Of a stretch of DNA of 64,000 nt, positions 56,079-64,000 are shown in pieces. The DNA is from Klebsormidium nitens (taxonomy: Eukaryota > Plantae > Klebsormidiophyceae). The translations under genes and the position numbers were made by a program. Numbering within the stretch: the stretch's first letter is position 1; every line of letters begins with the position of its first letter. The stretch spans positions 124,377 to 188,376 of the forward strand of contig DF237069.1 of the NCBI GenBank assembly GCA_000708835.1. Direction: 5' to 3'. The notes under the pieces are model-generated. The model was not told the origin of the DNA and did no database searches. It worked only from the letters and a program-made list of their open reading frames with translations.

Positions 56079-57626
56079 CTGCAGAAAAATCAGGATTCTC
56101 TGCAGTGTGAGAGGATACGCAGTGCTGTTGACCACACTGTGTTGAACCAATGAGGCTCTGATTCAGTTGCACTTCAACCAACCGGCATGCCTTCCAAACA
56201 ATGCATGTATAATGAACGCTTCTCCTTGTAAGAAAATCGAAAACTCCCATTGCAGCAAATGCAAATTCCAGCTTCAATCTTGAAGATGCCATTTCTGGTC
56301 CTGAGAGGCCTTAAAGACGCAAAAACGTTCAAAGCATGTTCACCTGCATAAAGGTGGCTACACATTGAATCTCAACATGACATACGCAGGCACAAGGCTT
56401 CTTCCAATTGTGAGGTAGACAAAGGAGTCTGGCGGTATGTTTGACCTTTTCTGCTTTCAGCGTAACGAAGGTCTAGAGCACTTGAGGTTTCATAATACTT
56501 TCTGATGGATGCGGTAACTTGCTCTCAGAAGATTGGAAGTAAGAAACTTGAGAATCACAGAGGTATGCCGAAATGCAGGACATGCAAGGAGCCCTGCTCA
56601 TGCAACCCTCGTCCAATCCCCCCATGTACAAAGCCTCCAAATATCTGGTGAGAAGATGACACGGGGAGCAAAAGCTTCTCCAAGGGCGGCACTTACTGTA
56701 AAAGGTCTTGTTTCATATGCCTCCTTCTCTTCACACTCCTTCCTGCTTGCTCATTGTGGCTACTATGGACAGACCGCCCTACAAGGATCAGCCAACACCT
56801 TCTGTTTGCACGTTCTCAAGGTCCATCTAACCCTGGGCAAGAAGGGGAGCGCGAAAAAACGTTTTATATCGCAAGGCAAGCAAGCCTGTCAGCAGATGTT
56901 GGCTGCCTTCCCGCAACCGCCACTTCCTCTATTTAGCTGCTTGGGCTCGTTCAAAGGTCCAATTGTTTCTCATTACTCTCAACCCTTCTCAAACTGCGAC
57001 CCACGGTCGAATAGCACTGCCACTTCACAAGGAGGCGCCATGATGTGCCTGTCAGGACACCCTTCCAGGTCAACTGAATTGTGAGATTGGTTGGCCCTGC
57101 AAACCTAGGTACCTGCTTGAACTTTGCTTGAACTTGAAGTTGCACCAGTTCAACTTCATCTTCCTGGACCCTGGTTGCCTTGTCACGCTTGTGCTTTGTA
57201 TTACCGGTACCTACCTACCTACATACCTAGATTGGCGGACTAAATGGCGTTGCCACATACAAGTCAATGACAGTGGTGTAAATGACCCCGGGGAGCCGAT
57301 CCGGGGCTACTTATATTCAGGTGGGAATGCACAGGAGCCCATGCCCCGGGGAATTCAATAGCAGTCCCCAGCTGGCTCCAGCCTGAATATGAAGGAGGGC
57401 TCCGCTCAATTTTGTGACTGCACAGAATCTAGCTACCAAATCACGGTAGGTGCAAAATCACGGTCCGGTTTGGAAAGGAAGGGGGAGGAGTCCGAGGAGA
57501 GCGCCTGCCTGGAAGCACACTTTTGAAGGGACAGAAGAAGACGAAGCGTCCGAGCAGACTGGCTGTCATACGCTGATCGAGTTTCCTCTTTGGTGCCTCT
57601 CGTTATTGTATGCTGGTGCACTCAAA

Positions 57627-59852
57627 ATGGCCGGACCAACAGTGCTCCCAATGCAAGTCCTCAACCAACTTATGGACAATGGACTATTTGATACTCTTCG
57701 AAAAAGCATCACAGCCGAACTTGAAAGCAATGTAAGCTGCCATCCACCTTTCACCCTTGCACGTTTTGTTTTCCAGGCTTAAGCAGACTCGGCTGGGATG
57801 CAGTTGCGATTAAGAGAAAGTGATTGTTTCTTTGAGAAAGTCCGTAACAGAAGGATAATGTTTTTGGACAGTGCTCTTATGATTGTCTTGGTTCAATCCT
57901 GTGGCTGCTCAAGGATAGTAATTAGCAGTCACGTAGCACTCTCTGAGCAAGTCAAGAAACCCATGCAGATGGAACTCAAGAAGTTCACCACTGCAGAGGT
58001 CGAGAGAAGTCAAGTACTTCAGGCTCCAGGGGCTGAGAGAAGGTCACGAAGGGAGCTCTTTGAAGCTCTTAGAAGGGAACTACAGTGAGTAGGCCCCTTG
58101 ACTTTGCACTTGGTGGCGGGATTGCATTGCAGTGGACTTGTGAAGCATCATCAAAAGTTTCCTTCAGCACCATCCATAGGTTGTCGTGGTTACTATAAAC
58201 AAATTCCTGGTGAAAAGGAAGCTGTTTTCTGAGTCTGCTATTCCATGATCTCGATTTCCGATGCAGACGGGCCATCCAGCTTTCTTGCAGTCTGCCCACC
58301 CAGTTCCCGCAGCAAAACTTGACATGTACTTTTCGACTCTCTTTTGTCCTCTTGCAGGAGCAAAGTACTGGAAAGGGCTTCCGAGGCAGCCTGGAATGCG
58401 ATCCTCTCAAAAGACAGTGTTGGTCGTCAGATTGAGGAGCAGGTGGAGAAGACGTGGTGGGAACTCAATGGCTGGGGAACACCGCCTGAGCGCATTCAAC
58501 CCCCAAAACAGAAGCCAGCAGAAGAGAAACCTCTGGTTGTTGTTGAGCACTCAGCCCCTTCATTGACCAATGCGTCTGGCATTGGCAGCGGAACGGCAGA
58601 TGAAAGAGGCCCTGATGCGGTGGGAGCTGCAGACCAGCCAGAGGCCGCTGCTCAAGTGACACTAGGTGCCGGAGCAGCACCTCGAGAGGCTTCACATTCC
58701 CTTCCAGAGGAAGTTCAGTACGTGCCTCTTAGAATGGACTTGGACCAGGCGCCAGGGGAGGGGACTGAGGGTGGTGCACCTCCAAGCAGCGGGGTTCTTG
58801 TGGCCGAAGTTCGCACTGCAGGGGGAACAGAGTCAGAGGGGCAGTCGCGCCTTCTTTCAGATGCACCGGCAGAGGCGTTCGGTCAAGTTGGCGTCAAAGC
58901 AGCTGCAGTGGACGATCCGACATCCATCGCCGCTGAGCCAGCAAATTGTCTTGAAGGGGAAGCGACACGGGCGGCAGCCTTTGTCAGGATGCAGGATGGG
59001 TCAGAGCCGCATCTTGAAGCCCAGGAGGGAGTCGTCAAGCAAGATGATCCATCCCTGAAAGAGTCGGAGCAGGAACATGTGGGGAGTCGTCTCATGGACG
59101 GGCCTGGAGGGCTAGTTGAAGAAAAAGGAGAGACGCATGGTCAGAACACGGAAAGCTCAGTGGAAGGGAATGTTGAGGAGAAGGGGGACAAATCTGGTGC
59201 AGAGCAGATTGTTCACAATGAGGTCCAGCCTTCCAGCATGGAGATCGCAGCGCCAGGTCTTGAACTTGAAGCAAGCAAGACAAGAGATCCTCGCAGAGCA
59301 AGAGGAGGAGACCGGGATACAGATGTCCAGTTGCATCCTAGCATAGGGTCGGAAGCAACGGAAGAGTTCGTTTCTGGTACAGGGCCAGTTGAAGGATCAG
59401 CAACGCCATCTTTGGTACCCTCAAGCAAACCAGAAATTGTTAGCAGCCCAATTGAAGCAGACGTCGAGATGACGGAAGCCACTGCGCTGGCCGATGTTTC
59501 GAATGCTGTTGAAGCTGGTCAATTGCAGACTGGTGGGGATTATGTGGAGGCAGCTGCTGATGGTATCCATCCATCAGTGGGCGGAAAAAGGGGCGTCGAA
59601 ACAGAGGAGGAACAAGCGGGAAGAGGAACGGAGGAGCAAGGGGCCACAGAAGCGATAGGGCAGCTGGATGGACGGGCGAGACTGGGAGGGGCAGGTAGCG
59701 AGGTGCAGGTTTCGGGAGGGCTAGGTGAGGTGGAAAAGCCGGCAGGGTCTTCAAACAATCAAGAACAAGGGGTTTCAGAGATTGGGGCAGCACCTGTCGG
59801 AGCGTTGATAAGTGAACCTCTGATCGAACCCCAAACAATGGAGGAAGGATGA
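57627..59852 (+). CDS. BOD1/Shg1 (COMPASS-associated)-domain protein with long acidic disordered tail
   Basis: Exons 57627-57731, 57969-58084 and 58358-59852 give VLNQLMDNGLFDTLRKSITAELESNMELKKFTTAEVERSQVLQAPGAERRSRRELFEALRRELQSKVLERASEAAWNAILSKDSVGRQIEEQVEKTW. This resembles plant BOD1/Shg1-family N-termini; an E-rich tail follows. Confidence 0.75.
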
Positions 59853-60916
59853 GATTGCTCATCCAACTTGTTCGATCTCGGTTGCCAGACCTCCATATTG
59901 AAGCTTGCTTCTGGATTGGAGTTGTATTGCTATAAGTCTCAAATCTGATGTCAATGCAGAACTTATCCCTAAGGGGCTCTTGATTCGACATGAAGGAGTG
60001 CTTCAATTGCAGGCTTAAATCAATTGACGACCTGAGATGTTGCATACATATCTATACTGTGATCCAGGTTTTGGCAGGTTGTTGATGTGCCAGCGCTTAT
60101 CATGCTCGCCTCGCCGGACGCCCCTTGCTTACATGATTACACGTTCGTCTGAAGAAGGTCGATCAGAGTACTTAGCTATACAAACGACGCGCATTCAATA
60201 AACTCAAGCACGACTCGCTGGCTGAGAATTATACTCACGCGCGACGGTACGTACCTGGCACGCCTAGATCTATGCGGGCATGCGCCTCATCCATTCTAAT
60301 CGAAATTGCAAATCGAACCCGCGGCGCACACATCAAGCACTGAAATTCACGCGTCTCATGAGCAATGATCTGGACTGGCCGCGCGAATGGATGGGATCAG
60401 TTGGACATACATGACGGCCTCGCAACTACAACCTTGGCATCCTGTGGTTGCACATGCTCGACAAGTGCCAGACAGCTGTAGCTCCTATAAAGACAGCTGA
60501 CAGTTGCCGCCCCTCCTAGCTACGAGGACTACCGCTGCTTATCGTTCAGTATCAAACAGTTTCGTTGACACTTCCTGCATGTCACATGCTCAGCAAAACG
60601 GCGTGCTTCATTCGCAGAGGAAACTGCATCTTGCCACGGTGGCTTCAAACATCGCATGTCTGGACAGAGATGCATATCTTACAATTCGTATATGGCACGC
60701 TTCGAACAGGGAGCAACCTTGACGGTCGATGCTGCCAGAGCAACTGCACTGACCACGGTGTTTCCTTCGTTGGCTGCTCATTTCTACCATGACTCAGCAC
60801 GTATAAGGCCAAGCTGCTATTTTCAAGGCCTTGACAGGCGGCCGAGGGAGTGTCTGACCAGCTGCCAGCTCCATCCCTTCGACACAGCCGATTTGGGCAG
60901 GGATTGCACGCTGTCA

Positions 60917-63864
60917 TCAGGTACCTTCTGAACCGAAGTCTGCCGACGCTCTCGTGCTCCCGTCCCTCGCTTCGTCGGATCCCTTCGTCCCATTTTCATG
61001 CGCCGTATTTAACGCACCCTCTACCTCTGACCGTGCCGCATCTAACGTCTCATCCTCCGCCACTTCCTGTCCCTCCTTCGAAGCTTCGCTCAGGCCTCCC
61101 TCGCCACTTTGCCCCCGTTCATCCTGCCCATCCACGCTACCTACGTATGCCCCGAGTTGCGTGCTGCCGAAGGCGTCTCCTTCCTTGGCCTTCCGGTAGC
61201 TAATGTACAGCAGCACCTGGATCACGCTCGCAAGCACGAGCCAGGCCGCCTTGCCGAGCCGCGCGCGCGCCTGGTGCGACCACTCGACGACCGTCACTGT
61301 GCTGATGGGCAGCGGCGCCTTGGTGAAGAAAGTGAAGTAGAGCATGACTGCGATAGGAGTCAGCAGCGGCAGCAGGCGGTACAGCGGGAACGAGGGGGGG
61401 TGCACGAAGCGGCGCTGCCGCACGGCCTGCTTGCTGGAGACGTTTTCGAGGAGGATGGCGGGCCCGGCGACTCCGAGGAGGGGCAGCACGGTGAGGGCGT
61501 AGAAGAAGTAGGAGAACCAAGACGCGATGCGCAGCAGGCGGAGGCCGGGGTAGAGCGCGACCAGGGTGAGGGGGTTGATGCTGGGACAGAGAAAGGATGG
61601 GGCTCAGAGAGGACCTTACGAGAAATGCAAGTAGGAACGCTGGTGGAGTGAGGCGCGTCGTAAAGTAGCGCACCCCAGCTGCGCACTACTGAGGAGCGAC
61701 ACAGCTTCAGAGGCGCCGACAACCAGGGAGGATTGTTGGTGTAACTTGTGCAGGCTAAGGTGGGGGGACTTGTCGTTTTCCTTCCATTACTACACGGACT
61801 TCTGTGAGAATATGAATGCGGCCAATATTTCAATATTTCAGGCGGTCAAAGATTCTACAATCGTACCTTTGCTCTGGCGTTCTGAAGAGGACGACCAGCT
61901 GCACCTTATCCATTTTCTGCAAGACTTATCTCAATCCGGTTTATGAGGCTTTCTGGTACCCTTCCTCTTCACTGGGGACTGCTCTGATTATGACTGACCG
62001 CCATGTTTATACGGGGGCCCTGGGCATCTGTAAAAAGTCGCGTTTGACTTTGTAAACAGAATTGACCACGCAAGTCTTACTGTGAACGAAAGAAGCTGGT
62101 ACGCCTGGTCAACAAGAAACTTCTGGGCGGAGGTATCGGTTCATGGCCCTACGAGGATAGCAATGCAGTGACTGCCCCGGCTCACCGGTTGAGGATCTTC
62201 ATCTCCTGGATGAGCTCCAACTGGCGCGTCCTGGTATCATCCAGGAACCTGTCCCCTTCCAGGCCTGCGTACACGACCACCAGCAGCAGGGGCCAGTACA
62301 CTTTCAGCTGGGTCATCGCCAGGGGCCGCGCGTGCGCCCACCAGTCCCGCAGCGTGTCCCGTATCCGCACAGGCCGGTGTGAGAGAGTGGCAGCAACAGT
62401 GCGTGTGACGGCCGTGATAGACAGGCCGGTGGCCAGGGCCAGGTAGCTCATGTTGAGCAGCAAGAAGGCAAGGGCGGTGAAGACGGAGAGCTTGTTGACG
62501 ATGATGAGAGCGGGGGGGTCGAGCGCGCGAATCAGCTTCACGGTGGCCACCTGCCAGCAAAGGCACAGCTCGGTAAGGAGCCGACTTGGCAATATGTTCG
62601 ATGTGATGAATGGCCTCATCAAGAAACACTAGCTTGCATATTGGGAACAAGATCCATGTCTTTTCTGCCATTTGACAAGAGGCTCAGCTACTTGACCTGA
62701 GGCACACTGCCTCAGTAAGTCGGGGGGCGGCTAACCTGTATCATTTCCTGGATAAACCACAGGAGCGATTGCAGGAGAATCAGGCCCAGGGCATAAACTG
62801 GCCCCATGCCAAGGAGCACTCTGAAGGATGCCGGCAGCTCCCCCAGAAAGCCAAAGTCTTTGACTGCCTCCTTCCCGATGAACCTGCGATTGCAACACTC
62901 ATCAAGGGCTACCAACTTGAGCGGCAGAGTAACGCGTGCTTAAAGGTTCATTCCAGAGTCCATATAAAATTGCCACTCTACCAATGTGGACTTACATCAG
63001 AATTGCAAAGAGGCAACCACAGACAAGCTGCCGCTTGCACCACCCCGCCATCAAAAAATTCCGGGAAATTGGGCTGACGGGACTCAACACATAGATAAAA
63101 AGCCGGACCAGTGCTTACCTGTCCTTCAGGGAGGTCAAGACCCCTCGATTCTGTCCGCCAGCAGCCGAGGGTGTGTTCTCATCTCCAGGCGCGTCATTTT
63201 CGGATGTTGAAGTTTCGGGCTGCTCCAAAGCGCCCTGACGCGATGATGAACAATAATTGTTCAGCCCCACAGCAGTCACGTCACACTATAGTAAGGTGGT
63301 CAAGGCCCTTAAGCCCGATTGCAATGAGACAGGTAGTCGAGAGCGAGAGAGAATGCAATTGCATGGATCTTATATTGCTCCACTGATGCAGAAACATACA
63401 GAGAACTTAAAATGGTACACTATTACCACATCTGGACAAAGAGACAAGGCAAAGTGACCATAACTTCCAAATCAAACATCAAATGATTAATTTGTGCAAC
63501 ATGCATCAACTGTAAATAGTGGTGGTCAAACGCAATGTGGTCTGCCCACCGTGTCCGAGGACGGTGTGGAGGCAGCCCCAGCCGCCTTCAAGCGCCTCCT
63601 TCCGGTGGTTTTGCTTATCTTTGATACCTTGGAAGCATCTGGTGTAAGCTTCCAAATTGTCCTGAATGGTGGGTCTGATTCAGGTTGATTAATGTTTCTT
63701 AGAGCTGCTTGCCTGCCCAAGCGAGGGAGCTCGTGACAAGCAAACGCACTTCTTGCAGCTGATGCTGACCCGCCCAAGTGCGGCTTCTCAAACTTGTCAG
63801 ACGATAGAAAGAAAGCACCAGATGAGGAAAGTTGGCTTGCAGCATTCACAGATCTTAATGCCAT
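60917..63864 (-). CDS. Uncharacterised multi-pass membrane protein with possible plastid transit peptide
   Basis: Ser/Ala-rich N-terminus from ATG 63864 (MALRSVNAASQLSSSGAFFLSS). Coding segments near 63115-63220, 62730-62870, 62186-62533 and 60917-61580, with clear splice donors and several hydrophobic helices (GPVYALGLILLQSLLWFI, VFTALAFLLLNMSYLAL, WFSYFFYALTVLPLLGV, AAWLVLASVIQVLLYI). Small exons around 61867-62150 are unresolved. Confidence 0.7.
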
Positions 63865-64000
63865 CTTGATCAGCAAAAGGTGTACATGCACTGTGCGCTG
63901 CTGAACAAGGCACCTGCTTTGGATGGCACCCCAGCAGCCAAGCACCTATCAGGCAACATGGGCGGAAGTCGGCTCCGTCTGCAACTTGATTTGCAAGCAC

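Overview
Eukaryotic, intron-rich, fairly GC-rich nuclear DNA with GT-AG introns. It carries streptophyte-type genes (WRC domains, SAFE1-like SET protein, ClpD, plant NYN-LOTUS), so a charophyte alga such as Klebsormidium is a likely source; that is inference, not checked. I read 13 protein-coding genes by splicing the six-frame fragments by eye: the 3' end of a GDAP2-like CRAL-TRIO gene, an F-box/LRR gene, a NYN+LOTUS ribonuclease, an APE2-like AP endonuclease, a MUS81-like nuclease, SCO1, RNF113A/CWC24, PRMT3, a SAFE1-like SET/Rubisco-LSMT protein, ClpD, a GATA-WRC-WRC-coiled-coil-RING protein, a BOD1/Shg1-domain protein and an unassigned multi-TM protein with a possible plastid transit peptide. 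Two short TIR elements (one with a 7-bp TSD, one with a TA TSD) sit between divergent gene pairs, and there is one 352-N assembly gap. Best candidate for something new: the MUS81-like gene (17372-24082). It appears to encode HhH, winged helix, a bacterial-style SWIM finger with a UBA domain inserted inside it, an intact ERCC4 nuclease, two B-boxes and a second degenerate EME1-like ERCC4 fold. That would make it a possible single-chain MUS81-EME1-type endonuclease lacking the usual C-terminal (HhH)2. Second: the GATA-WRC2-RING fusion. All family assignments come from motif recognition from memory; no database search was run.
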